Virus record (IMG/VR): IMGVR_UViG_3300005512_000039
Coordinates: 1 to 57,795 of that record
Direction: 5' to 3' (one strand)
DNA length: 57,795 nt
DNA from: a virus
Taxonomy: Duplodnaviria; Caudoviricetes
Each line of letters starts with the position of its first letter. Position 1 is the stretch's first letter. The notes beneath the pieces were generated by a model that was not told the origin of the DNA, searched no databases, and saw only the letters and a program-made list of their open reading frames with translations. The translations under genes were made by a program, and so were the position numbers. Positions 16,501-26,726 of the stretch are shown here, piece after piece.

Positions 16501-16517
16501 TAGCCAAAAGGAAAAAA

Positions 16518-17966
16518 ATGAAGAACTACGAATTCGAGACCAAACCCTTCGATCACCAGTTAAACGTGATCCGTGATTCGTGGGCCGCGAAGCACTATGC
16601 TTTATTCATGGAGATGGGAACCGGAAAAACCAAAGTTGCTATAGACACGATGGCTATACTCCACGAAGAAAACAAAATCAACGCAGTGTTAGTTATCGCA
16701 CCTAAAGGTGTCTATGATAATTGGGTTAGAAAAGAAATCCCCGTGCATCTGCCTGAAAGGATAGCGCGAAACATTGTCCGTTGGCAACCTAATATTACAC
16801 AAAAATTCCATGACGAATTAGAGCCTTTTGTGTTAGACCCGTTCGACGGTATAAAAATATTTGTTATGAACGTCGAAGCGTTCAGCACAAGTAAAGGTGT
16901 ACAGATCGCTAAAGTGTTTTTGAAAAAGAATCCAGACAATATGGTTATTGTCGATGAGAGCACTACGATTAAGAATCGAAAAGCGGCTAGAACAAAAAAT
17001 ATCATTAAGTTACAAGACCTTAGCAAGTACCGACGAATACTGACAGGATCTCCCGTTACCAAAAGTCCTATGGATTTGTTTAGTCAATGCGAATTCTTGA
17101 ATCCTAAGTGCTTGGGGTTTAACAGTTACTATGCTTTTCAAGGCCGTTACGCCAACGTGCAACAACGTGCAATGGGTCATCGTAGTTTTAACCAGATTGT
17201 AGGTTACCGTCGTTTAGATGAGCTTAATAATAATCTCGATAAGTTTAGTAATCGAATACTTAAAGAAGACTGTCTCGACTTGCCAGACAAACTCTACATC
17301 CGACGCGATGTGCCGTTGTCCGTGGAGCAAGCTCGGCTGTACAAGCAGATGAAGAAGTTAGCCTTGGCTAAACTAGAAGATGGCGAGTTAGCTACAACCG
17401 CTAGTGTGTTGACGCAGATCATGCGGCTTCAACAGATATGCTGTGGTTTTTTACAACCGGATGATGGCGAGATTCAGAGTCTGGATAACAACCGGATGGA
17501 CGAGTTGTTAACTATTTTGGATGAGACGCAAGGCAAAGTCATTATCTGGGCTTCGTATACTCATGACATAAAAAAGATCCGTGATACGTTATCCGAAAAA
17601 TATGGTGAAGAATCAGTGGCTTGCTACTACGGCGAAACGCCGCAGGACGAACGCCAGACCATTGTCGAAGAGTTTCAAGACAAGGACGGCCCTTTACGTT
17701 TCTTTGTGGGTCAGCCTCGAACAGGAGGCTACGGTATTACTTTGACGGCGGCTAACACGGTTATCTATTACAGCAACAGCTACGATTTGGAGATTCGATT
17801 ACAGTCGGAGGATCGAGCGCATCGTATTGGACAAACAAACAAGGTGACATACATTGATTTGGTGTCACCAAACACTATCGACGAGAAGATATTAATTGCG
17901 CTTAAAAGCAAAATTGATATTGCTGGTCAAGTTTTGGGCGAACAAGCCCGTGATTGGTTACTTTAA
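16518..17966 (+). CDS. SNF2-family SF2 helicase
   Basis: MEMGTGKT, DEST, LTGSP, GGYGITLTAA, QSEDRAHRIGQ; start MKNYEF after AAGGA. Confidence 0.95.
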   Translation: MKNYEFETKPFDHQLNVIRDSWAAKHYALFMEMGTGKTKVAIDTMAILHEENKINAVLVIAPKGVYDNWVRKEIPVHLPERIARNIVRWQPNITQKFHDELEPFVLDPFDGIKIFVMNVEAFSTSKGVQIAKVFLKKNPDNMVIVDESTTIKNRKAARTKNIIKLQDLSKYRRILTGSPVTKSPMDLFSQCEFLNPKCLGFNSYYAFQGRYANVQQRAMGHRSFNQIVGYRRLDELNNNLDKFSNRILKEDCLDLPDKLYIRRDVPLSVEQARLYKQMKKLALAKLEDGELATTASVLTQIMRLQQICCGFLQPDDGEIQSLDNNRMDELLTILDETQGKVIIWASYTHDIKKIRDTLSEKYGEESVACYYGETPQDERQTIVEEFQDKDGPLRFFVGQPRTGGYGITLTAANTVIYYSNSYDLEIRLQSEDRAHRIGQTNKVTYIDLVSPNTIDEKILIALKSKIDIAGQVLGEQARDWLL

Positions 17967-17975
17967 GGAGGCGTT

Positions 17976-18131
17976 ATGAAAGACAATAAAACATTACGTG
18001 CTAACCGTTCGACAAGAGAAATTTATGGTCGCAGTTTAAACTCAAGCGATTTTAAAGAAGAAAACAATCCTATGTTTTATGTAGGTCTTTTAATCTTTGT
18101 AGCAGGCGTTTTAGGGATTATTTTCCTTTAA
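17976..18131 (+). CDS. 51-aa C-terminally anchored membrane protein (not in ORF track)
   Basis: AAGGAGG RBS; ends MFYVGLLIFVAGVLGIIFL*. Confidence 0.7.
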   Translation: MKDNKTLRANRSTREIYGRSLNSSDFKEENNPMFYVGLLIFVAGVLGIIFL

Positions 18132-19305
18132 ACAACCGTGCGATGCGGTTGGTTAGATCGTCTATGTTTTTGAATTTAATTTGTTTAGACAACATTATTT
18201 CAAGAACGCTTTTTTGATCAGGATTTCCTTCGCGGTAATTACCAGAAATAGATAATCCTTCTGGAGTACTGTAATAGGCATAGTATTGTTCTGGCGTTAA
18301 GCCTTCGCCATAATTTATTTTGGCAGGAGCACCAAACGCCTGTATTTCTTCAGGGAGTTCAACTTCTCCTGAAAGATATCGACCAGAAGCTCCGGCACCA
18401 AACTGGTATTCGTTTGGCGTAGTTACATTAAAACCTAAATTGCCGCGACCTTCTTTGTATTTTTCTTTTATAGCTACAGGTTGGCCGTCTATGTATTCAG
18501 GTATTTCCCTAGAGCCAGAGCCGTATTCAATAAAAATGTCAGGGTCTACTTTGTAAACTTTTTCTTGTAAAGAACCAATCCCCTCACCTACCGCGCCGCC
18601 GTCTTCGAACTCCGTTTTGTAAACAGGTTCTTTGTCGCGGGGCATAAGTTCTTCAGTAGAAGTACCAAACATGTTTAAAATTGAATCAGCTCTATTTTTT
18701 ACTCGGAAATCAAGGTCTTTAAATTCTTCTTCTCTTGATTCAGGGTTTTTAGCCATCTTTACCGAAGTTTTAATTATGTCAGGAACCAACTCTGTATAAA
18801 TTTTTGAAGTTTTGTTTAATAGTTGTAGTACCGGAAAGTATCGTAATAGTGCTTCAGTAAGCTCTTCTTGAGAAGGAACCTTAGATCTTGTTGGTTCTGC
18901 CTCTAAGAAAAAAGGTACATCTCCGCCGTTTTCGAAACCAAGCGAACCAATGCCGTAGTAACTAGAAAAACCTTCAGGGTTCTGAAGGATGTTCAAAGCA
19001 TTCTGCCGTGCCGTCTGTAACTGTTGTGCACGGGCCGCGGACTCTGCGCCAAAGGTATCGATTTCTTTTTGCGTGATCCCCGGATCAGTAGGTTCTTTCT
19101 GACTAAAAGTCCCTGTACCGCTTTTATTATGAGCTTCAACCGCTTTGTTATAAGCGTCAACTTGAGCTTTGTAATCAGCTATCTTTTTATCGTAATCCAA
19201 TAGTTGAGTCTTATCCGCTGACGTTAATGTAGTGGGCACGAGTATCTGGTTAGGGTTGTATAAACCACTTGCGCCTGAACCAAAACTAAAGCGAGGGATT
19301 GCCAT
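18118..19305 (-). CDS. putative internal virion protein
   Basis: end of structural operon; FENGG/FEDGG and GIGSL motifs. Confidence 0.6.
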   Translation of the reverse strand: MAIPRFSFGSGASGLYNPNQILVPTTLTSADKTQLLDYDKKIADYKAQVDAYNKAVEAHNKSGTGTFSQKEPTDPGITQKEIDTFGAESAARAQQLQTARQNALNILQNPEGFSSYYGIGSLGFENGGDVPFFLEAEPTRSKVPSQEELTEALLRYFPVLQLLNKTSKIYTELVPDIIKTSVKMAKNPESREEEFKDLDFRVKNRADSILNMFGTSTEELMPRDKEPVYKTEFEDGGAVGEGIGSLQEKVYKVDPDIFIEYGSGSREIPEYIDGQPVAIKEKYKEGRGNLGFNVTTPNEYQFGAGASGRYLSGEVELPEEIQAFGAPAKINYGEGLTPEQYYAYYSTPEGLSISGNYREGNPDQKSVLEIMLSKQIKFKNIDDLTNRIARLFKGK

Positions 19306-22300
19306 TAGCCTAGCAAGCTTTCTATGCCTTGACCGGGCGCATCTGGAATAAGGGAAGACACTATGTCATTAGGGTAATCTCTTTTGTACCTTGCTCTCAT
19401 TTCTGGAGAACTAGCTACCCCTGAACTGTCCGAGGTCGTTTGTGCCGGTGGCTGTTGAGCCACGGGCAGTTGCGCGACTACAAATGGACGCGGTTCAGGG
19501 GCGCTTGCACCGCCGGTGGGAGCGGCAGGTGATCTTTCTAGTTGTACTAATGGGCTGTCTATTCCAGGGATATCTTGTTCAGGTTCCTCTTCAATAATAT
19601 CCTCGGATTGAATGACTCTAGGAGCAACCAAGCCTGCACGTCCACGACCCTGTTTTCCAATTTCTTCTTTTACTGCTCCGTATAAATTACCTAGCTTCTT
19701 TTTAATTACTTCATCAATTGCTCTTTTTTCAACCGCATTTCTTGGGGTTTTCAACGCTAAAATAAAAAGATCTTTGTCTTTTACAATTTTTTCCATAGCT
19801 AAAGACGTTGCGTTAAAAGGCATTTCCCTTAAAAACTTCATCGCAAATTTAGAAGCCATTTGTTCTTCTACCAAACCACTTCCTCGTGTCCCCGGTATAT
19901 ATTTAACCAAACGAACGGCCATTAAACGCGTAGCTAATTCTTGAGCCATAGACATGTTTTCTGGGCTTAACTCTAAACCCGTTAACTTTACACCATCTTC
20001 AAATTGTTGAATATTTTTCAAAAGAGCGGCATATCGGTCTAAAGACTGTTTATCAATTAATTTTCGTTTAATTAAAAAATCAGCAATGCTTTGTTTTGGA
20101 CGATTATTAAACCCTTGTCCCTGCTCAAACAAAACATCGCCTGCTTTTTGTGGATTAAAGTTAGCATTTCCACCGGCAGATTCAAACACATATTGAAAAA
20201 TACTACCCGTTAGTCCTTCTAAAGCTTCTTCCTTATTAAAGTTTTTTGGAACTTGGTCTCTTTTAGCAACGTTATTTACATCACGAATAAAGTCATCTAA
20301 TATTTCGGGGCCAAATCCTTCTCTATTGTCAATAGCGGACTTAACCGTTACATAAGGGTTTTTTGAATTTATAGCGCGACCAAAAGAATAATCTGATTTA
20401 AAACGTTCTTTAAAAGCGGCGGCTTCGGCTAAAGATTTTTGCAAAACATCTAAACCGCTATCCATTTCAAGTAGACCGTCTACAAAATCCTCTCCTAAAA
20501 CTTCTTTTAATGCTTTTCCATCGTCTGTTTTAAATCTAGTTTGTAATTTAATTAGTTCTTGTCTAACGGCTTCTGCAATTTTTTTCGTAGATTCTTCAGG
20601 AGGGTCGTTTTTATACTGTTCGGTTACCGTATCTAATTTTTTCTTTAAAGGCGCAATAATGTCTCTGTTTAATACTTCCAACGTTAATCCTGATACAGTG
20701 TTTACGTTATCTTGTATTTGTTGGCGAAGATTAACAGTTACCTCTTCATCGTTTGCATCTCGATAAGTGTACTCAGTGTCTTCGGGTAACAATTCTTCCG
20801 CCCTCGACCGGAGGTATTCAGAACCATTATTTAGTGCTTTTAACTTAGTTGCTTTGGTTGCGTCACTTCCGGTTAAATAAGATCTAGCAAAACTTTCCGG
20901 GTCCATTAAACGTTCGTCATATCCTTTTCTTCCAGCGGGTATTCCGGCTATGCTTCTTTTTATGGCATCTCCAAAACCTCTATAAAAAGATCTCGCCACA
21001 CGTAAAGCAGACGAAGTTTCTGTGGGAACACTGTTATTAATGTCTTCAAACAAGGCTTGTTTCATTTTGGAGGCAATGCCGTATAAATCGTCTCCTCGTC
21101 TACGACTATCTGCCCTCCACGAAGTTAAACGTTTTCCTAAATTCACCAAACTGGAAAACGCAATTCCTTCTCTAGGAAGATCACCAGAAGCTTGTTTTAA
21201 TTCAGCAATTAAGGCTTCTTTTTGAGCTTTAAGTAACCTTCTGGAGTCTGTAATTTGACGACCGCTACCTAATTCAGGGAAAAAATCGTCTAAAAGAATT
21301 TGGATGTTTTCAATGTTTTCTCTAGAAGCTATCGGAATTCCTGCATCACTAACCGTTATTTCAGGAGGGTTAGATAAACGATCTATGTCTTCGGGGGTTT
21401 TTTTACCTTTGGCAAAGTTTACATCGCCGTTTACTATTCTTTCATATAATCCTAAAGCTTTACTAAACTCTTCGGATTCTTTCATGTTTTCTAATTTTAA
21501 TTGAGCCGGATTTGCCGCAGGAGACCCTTCTAAGTCTAATTCGGTTTTCATTCGGTTAACGGTGTTTTGAATTTCTGAAAAGAATTTGTCCTTACCGAAG
21601 GTCTTTAATGTTTCTTCATCATATTGCTTTAAAAGATCATCCCATTTTTTAATAAACAAAGGGGCATCTAACTCCGTAACACCGTCACTATCAAAAAACT
21701 TTTGTACATTAGGTATATCCCCAGCTTTTCTTGCGGCTTCATACAAGGATATAGAAATGGCGTTAGCATAATCAAACTGTTGTTCTAAAGCTTTAGCTTG
21801 AGCCGTAGATATTTCATCAATTCTTTCAAACTGCGTGTTACCTTTACTTAACTGCAAGGCCGATTGAGTAGCTTTATCTACAGCATCCGATAATTTATCT
21901 ACCATTAAGTTAGTAAACTCAAGTTGTTCTAGCTCTCTAGCTACTTCGACTAACCTAGGATCTCCTGTATTATTAAATATTTTAATTAGATTTTTATTGA
22001 ATAAGGACGCTTTTCTTCCTACGGGGTCTTTAGCTGCTTTTAATCGTTCGCGTTGATTCATGAAATAATTTTCTAAGATTAAAGCAGTAGGAGAACCTGT
22101 TCTTAAGCCAACCGTTAATTCACTTTCAGCGGCACCCTCGGCAAGTTTTAATTCTTCCGACACTTTTTTTAAAACAGATTCCGGTAGATCTTTTAACCAG
22201 TCCCCACCTTTTTCCGCATTTGCCGCAACGTTTAGTGGATTTTCTCCACTTTCTATAAAAAAATCTAAAATTAAACGAACAGCGTCTCGTCCTTCTTTTG

Positions 22301-23498
22301 TCTGTAATAATTTTTCATTTTCGGGAGAGTTACGTCTAAGTTTGTTAAATACTTCTTTATAATTAGTAAAAAGCGCCTCTCGACCCAACGCACCACCTGT
22401 AATAACCCTAGTAGGCGAATACCCTTTATAAAATTCTAACAACTTTGGAACACCTCTTTGAGCAATTTCAATTGCGCCATAAGTTGGCGTTAATCCAAGA
22501 CCCAGTTCAACAAAAGTTCTTAAAACAGGGTCTTGATCTAGCTCAAAGTTAGATACCGTTACTCCGGCTATTCCAGCTAACCCCGCTTCAGACGCTATAA
22601 ATTTTCCGGGGCTTTTTTCGTAAAGCTCTCTTGTTTTTGGAAACATTTCATCTAAAAAAGCGGCAAACCTTTGGCTTTTAGTAGTTTTAACAGGCCCCGC
22701 TTGTCTCATTCTTTCGAGCATTAAAGCTGGTCCCGTTGCTTTTAAAGCGTAATCTTTTACTACGGGGCCCCCAGCTAATATATTAGCGGCGGTTCTAATT
22801 CCTTCTATTTCGGAAACCTCTCCCGGCAATAAATTTTTTTCTCTTGGAAAAAGATATTCTCCAAGAGGCGTAGTAACAAGAGAACTGGCAATGGCCGTTC
22901 CAAGTCCGACCGTTACTCCAGCAATAGGTTTAGCAAAAGGCCCAACAAATGGTAGTGTAGCGGGTGTAGCGGTAAAAGCTTTACGTCCTGCTTCCAAAGC
23001 TGTTTTTGCCCCTACGTAACCTTCTCCAGTTCCTTTTACTAAGGCCTTTAATTTTTCTACTAAATCACCTTCTTTTAAATTTGTTAATCTACTAAGCAAA
23101 AGTTGTTTTTTTTCAAACTCACTTTTTTTAGCATAAGTATCAAACCATCGGTTTCTTTGTCCGGGAACTTGAGCAGCTACAACTTCAGGGAACAACTCCC
23201 CAAAAGCGTTTGATCGACCTATTAATAATTCCTCAACGTTTAATCCACCCAAGGTTTGATAATACGGATTTTCATTAAGTATTTCAGTTGTAAAATCTAA
23301 TAATTTAGACGTTAACTGATCCGCGTTTAAATCAACTGCTTTACCGGTAGATCGGTCAATCTGAGTTCTTAATTGAGCTTGTTCCTCGTCGGACCAATTA
23401 ACTCTAGGGTTAGTCAGTTCAATAGGTTTTACCGGCGGATTGTTTGGGTCCACGTAAGCAGAAGGAGGAAGTCCTATGGGAAGTTCTTCTGTGGCCAT
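19305..23498 (-). CDS. large internal virion/ejection protein
   Basis: 1397 aa, helical, hydrophobic Gly/Ala segments, podovirus core-protein position. Confidence 0.7.
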   Translation of the reverse strand: MATEELPIGLPPSAYVDPNNPPVKPIELTNPRVNWSDEEQAQLRTQIDRSTGKAVDLNADQLTSKLLDFTTEILNENPYYQTLGGLNVEELLIGRSNAFGELFPEVVAAQVPGQRNRWFDTYAKKSEFEKKQLLLSRLTNLKEGDLVEKLKALVKGTGEGYVGAKTALEAGRKAFTATPATLPFVGPFAKPIAGVTVGLGTAIASSLVTTPLGEYLFPREKNLLPGEVSEIEGIRTAANILAGGPVVKDYALKATGPALMLERMRQAGPVKTTKSQRFAAFLDEMFPKTRELYEKSPGKFIASEAGLAGIAGVTVSNFELDQDPVLRTFVELGLGLTPTYGAIEIAQRGVPKLLEFYKGYSPTRVITGGALGREALFTNYKEVFNKLRRNSPENEKLLQTKEGRDAVRLILDFFIESGENPLNVAANAEKGGDWLKDLPESVLKKVSEELKLAEGAAESELTVGLRTGSPTALILENYFMNQRERLKAAKDPVGRKASLFNKNLIKIFNNTGDPRLVEVARELEQLEFTNLMVDKLSDAVDKATQSALQLSKGNTQFERIDEISTAQAKALEQQFDYANAISISLYEAARKAGDIPNVQKFFDSDGVTELDAPLFIKKWDDLLKQYDEETLKTFGKDKFFSEIQNTVNRMKTELDLEGSPAANPAQLKLENMKESEEFSKALGLYERIVNGDVNFAKGKKTPEDIDRLSNPPEITVSDAGIPIASRENIENIQILLDDFFPELGSGRQITDSRRLLKAQKEALIAELKQASGDLPREGIAFSSLVNLGKRLTSWRADSRRRGDDLYGIASKMKQALFEDINNSVPTETSSALRVARSFYRGFGDAIKRSIAGIPAGRKGYDERLMDPESFARSYLTGSDATKATKLKALNNGSEYLRSRAEELLPEDTEYTYRDANDEEVTVNLRQQIQDNVNTVSGLTLEVLNRDIIAPLKKKLDTVTEQYKNDPPEESTKKIAEAVRQELIKLQTRFKTDDGKALKEVLGEDFVDGLLEMDSGLDVLQKSLAEAAAFKERFKSDYSFGRAINSKNPYVTVKSAIDNREGFGPEILDDFIRDVNNVAKRDQVPKNFNKEEALEGLTGSIFQYVFESAGGNANFNPQKAGDVLFEQGQGFNNRPKQSIADFLIKRKLIDKQSLDRYAALLKNIQQFEDGVKLTGLELSPENMSMAQELATRLMAVRLVKYIPGTRGSGLVEEQMASKFAMKFLREMPFNATSLAMEKIVKDKDLFILALKTPRNAVEKRAIDEVIKKKLGNLYGAVKEEIGKQGRGRAGLVAPRVIQSEDIIEEEPEQDIPGIDSPLVQLERSPAAPTGGASAPEPRPFVVAQLPVAQQPPAQTTSDSSGVASSPEMRARYKRDYPNDIVSSLIPDAPGQGIESLLG

Positions 23499-23519
23499 AA
23501 ATTATACCTCGTTCTTTAT

Positions 23520-26500
23520 TTATCTTTGTTGTCGTTTTTTACTCTCTATAAGAGTTTTTTGATCTTCTGTAGGAACAAACCCGCTTTGGCTGTAAGGGAT
23601 AATAGAATCCATAATATTTATTGCTTGTTCTAAAGCTACTTCAGATTGTTCTAAAGCGGTCAAAACAGGTTTACTTTTTTCAGTGCCATCCCTTAATCTA
23701 TCTTGGACATACAGCAATTCGTCTATAAATTGATCCTTTAAAAGACGAACTTTATTTAGCTCTATTTTTCCGGTTGTCATCCATTTATCCACATCAGCCA
23801 TGATAGAGGCAAGTCTCACCTGTTCGCCTTCTGCAACTCTAGGACTATTTGCAGCGGCCATACGGAAGTTTAACATTATAGCTCTTACCGCTTGTTTAGC
23901 ATAAATGTTCTCTGCCCAAAAAGGCTCATCCATACCAAATATTGCCGCTCCCGCAGTACCTAAACTAGCTTTTAGGTTATTCCAAAAGCCCGTACCTTTT
24001 TCAATTTGTTCCGCTAAGTTAATATTGTTTCTAACAATATATTGTGCGTCACCTTTTTCTGACTCTAACTCCTTCTTTAATTTTTGAGCTTCCTCTAAAT
24101 TGTTTATAACGAAGTCTCTAGCATCCGCTCTTTCTTGAACGCTCAGGTTAGGATTAAAGTCTGGCGCTACACGTTCATTAAATACATTGATAGGCTTTTT
24201 GTCTATATCGCTTATTAAAAGCTTAAGTCGTGTTTTCTTATATCTTTCTTCTCGCTTAAGCCTTTGCATACCCGCTGTTGCGGCAGCATTAGCGGTATCG
24301 TCGCTAATTGGAATTAACTTAGCCAAAAACCTAGGATCAACAACTTTGGGATTACCCTCAGCATCCGTTTGGTCTACGTAATAAACATCTTTTCCGTCAT
24401 TGACTCTAAAGAATACGTAAGATCGGCCTCCCTCAACGTCGTTCCAATTTTCATAAGAGTAAGTTTGCGCTTTTGCAACAGAGTTATGTATTGGAACTTC
24501 TCTACCCGTGTCTCCCGGAACGTTTGGATCAGGCGGATACACGTAGGCTAAACGACCGTCTGTTATCTGTTTAAGAACCGGTTTACCCGGCGCTGTGTAC
24601 AAAGTCGTTATCTTTTCGGAGACGGGGTCGTATTTCAACACCTGTCCGTCCACCGTAAGCGTTTCGTTTTTAGGCGATCCGCTAAACACTACTTCAGCCG
24701 CTTTAGTTCTTTTATTAACAGCAAGTTTTACGTCGTAATTTCCGTCTTTAACAGACATAAACTCAAATTCGTCGGGTAATGTGTAGCTTTCTTGTATTTT
24801 GCCTGTCTTTGTATTAACTAAAACAGATTCTTTTTTTCCAGAAGGGTCCGTTCTTGTTTCCCATTTTAAAGCAGCTATATCTGTATAAAGTGGTTTTCCC
24901 TCGGGCCCTGTAACGGGTTCAAAAACAGAACCGGATACGCTTTTGTTTCTACTATATAACTGTTTATTTCCATTAACGTCCATAATAGACATTGTCTCTA
25001 TGTCAGGCCCGGATTTAACAAGAGGTCTCCCATCGGGACCTTTTAATAATTCGGTGGTAGAGTCTAACCTAAGGTCATAAATATTTTCTGGATTTTCTCC
25101 TGTAATAATTTTATTTGTAGTTTGATAAACTACCTCTACCCCAGTATTTTGATCTAGATAAGTTTCTTGTCTAGGGTTTGCTTGATAGTCTGCATTTTTT
25201 AAAGATACGTCTCTCAGCCAACCCGAATAAGTTTTTTGTGCATCACGTTCAGATTGTGCTTTTTGTTTTATTTGTTCTTTTTCTATATCAGCTTCTTGTT
25301 TAATTCTCTCTTTTTCTATATCGTAACCTTCTTGAATGCCAAGGTTACGCAAATCCATAGCACCTTGAGCGGCGGCTAAATCAAATTTACGAGATTCTTG
25401 TTCTTGTTCTTGTTTAAATTTACCTAAGTCAGCTGCACGAGCACCTATTTTAGGAAACAATTCTGTTTGTTGTGCAGCATACGCAAGTTTCTCAGCAAGA
25501 CTCATACGTTGTGGGCCGGGGGCCGCGATTGCTAGTCCGGTCTGCGCTAGATCAAAAAGCATTTGCGCTTTAGTCAAATCTTGTTGACCTTGAAGCGCTC
25601 TAGTCTGGGCATCTTTATCTAGAAGTTGTCCGTAAAAATTACGTTGTAATTCATATTCTTGCTGTAGAGGACTTTTTAGCATATTTGCAGGCGGCGCAGT
25701 AAAAGGGTCTCCACCCATACGCATTCCAACTACACCGCCTTGGTTAAAATTTACAGGAGCAGGGCCCTCCTCAGCGCCCATATTGACGGTAGACATAATG
25801 CCTCCGGCCATATCTCCAGTTACTGGTTCAGTCATAGCTCCTTGAGCCAACCCGCCAATACCTTCATCAACCTTAGCCATCATCATGACGGGTTGTACTA
25901 AAGTAAGAACTGATTCTGGGGTTTGTTGAGCATCCTGCTCACCTACAATATCTGCGAGTTCCATTCGCCGCTCTTCGATAGTAGCGTCGGTCTCTCTCAT
26001 TGAATTCATGACTTGCTCGTAGTCTTCAGCCTCATCCAAAGCCATGATGCCTTGGCTGGCTTGAGACAACATCTGTTCAAGTATTGCAGGGTCCATACCC
26101 GCTTGTTGCGCTTGCGCCATCTCTGGCATTGCTGCCGGTGGTGCCGCAGGCATCATACCTTGAGGGGGCATGGCCATCGGAGCCATACCGCCTTCTTGCA
26201 TGCCGTATACGGGTTGAGGCGCTAAAACTTCATCGGGTGGCGGCGCTAAAACTTCAGGGTTTAAATTTCCTCCCTCTCCGTACACACTACCTTTTTGTTC
26301 TAAGTATTCCGGATTATTTAGTAAAAAATTTTCAAGCTGTTCGGGAGAAACTTGTGGCGGTCTTGAAGGAGTAGGCACAAAGGCTGGAGCGGAAGGTGCC
26401 GGTCTTAAAGGATCAGAATACGTAACGTTAGCTTCTTTTAACCTCTGAACTTCTTGCATAACTTCAGGTCTTACCACGCCTCTTTCGTCAAACAAGCTGT

Positions 26501-26711
26501 TATTTTCTAAATAATCAGGGTAATTTTGTAAAAAAAGTTGTATGTCTTCTCTAGAAAGTGTGGGCACCGGCACACCGCCTTCTTGCATCGGCACAACACC
26601 GCGACCTATTAAGATGTCTTTCTGCGTCACTTTGCCATCCCCGCTAAGATCGGGAAAAGCCGCACCGCCCTCTCTAAACATCTGTCTATTCATTAAATTT
26701 CGATTCATCAT
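23520..26711 (-). CDS. internal virion/ejection protein
   Basis: 1063 aa; EF-hand-like DLSGDGKVTQKD; five [MF]xxGG motifs; beta-rich repeats. Confidence 0.7.
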   Translation of the reverse strand: MMNRNLMNRQMFREGGAAFPDLSGDGKVTQKDILIGRGVVPMQEGGVPVPTLSREDIQLFLQNYPDYLENNSLFDERGVVRPEVMQEVQRLKEANVTYSDPLRPAPSAPAFVPTPSRPPQVSPEQLENFLLNNPEYLEQKGSVYGEGGNLNPEVLAPPPDEVLAPQPVYGMQEGGMAPMAMPPQGMMPAAPPAAMPEMAQAQQAGMDPAILEQMLSQASQGIMALDEAEDYEQVMNSMRETDATIEERRMELADIVGEQDAQQTPESVLTLVQPVMMMAKVDEGIGGLAQGAMTEPVTGDMAGGIMSTVNMGAEEGPAPVNFNQGGVVGMRMGGDPFTAPPANMLKSPLQQEYELQRNFYGQLLDKDAQTRALQGQQDLTKAQMLFDLAQTGLAIAAPGPQRMSLAEKLAYAAQQTELFPKIGARAADLGKFKQEQEQESRKFDLAAAQGAMDLRNLGIQEGYDIEKERIKQEADIEKEQIKQKAQSERDAQKTYSGWLRDVSLKNADYQANPRQETYLDQNTGVEVVYQTTNKIITGENPENIYDLRLDSTTELLKGPDGRPLVKSGPDIETMSIMDVNGNKQLYSRNKSVSGSVFEPVTGPEGKPLYTDIAALKWETRTDPSGKKESVLVNTKTGKIQESYTLPDEFEFMSVKDGNYDVKLAVNKRTKAAEVVFSGSPKNETLTVDGQVLKYDPVSEKITTLYTAPGKPVLKQITDGRLAYVYPPDPNVPGDTGREVPIHNSVAKAQTYSYENWNDVEGGRSYVFFRVNDGKDVYYVDQTDAEGNPKVVDPRFLAKLIPISDDTANAAATAGMQRLKREERYKKTRLKLLISDIDKKPINVFNERVAPDFNPNLSVQERADARDFVINNLEEAQKLKKELESEKGDAQYIVRNNINLAEQIEKGTGFWNNLKASLGTAGAAIFGMDEPFWAENIYAKQAVRAIMLNFRMAAANSPRVAEGEQVRLASIMADVDKWMTTGKIELNKVRLLKDQFIDELLYVQDRLRDGTEKSKPVLTALEQSEVALEQAINIMDSIIPYSQSGFVPTEDQKTLIESKKRQQR

Positions 26712-26726
26712 TAAAGTAATCCTGTT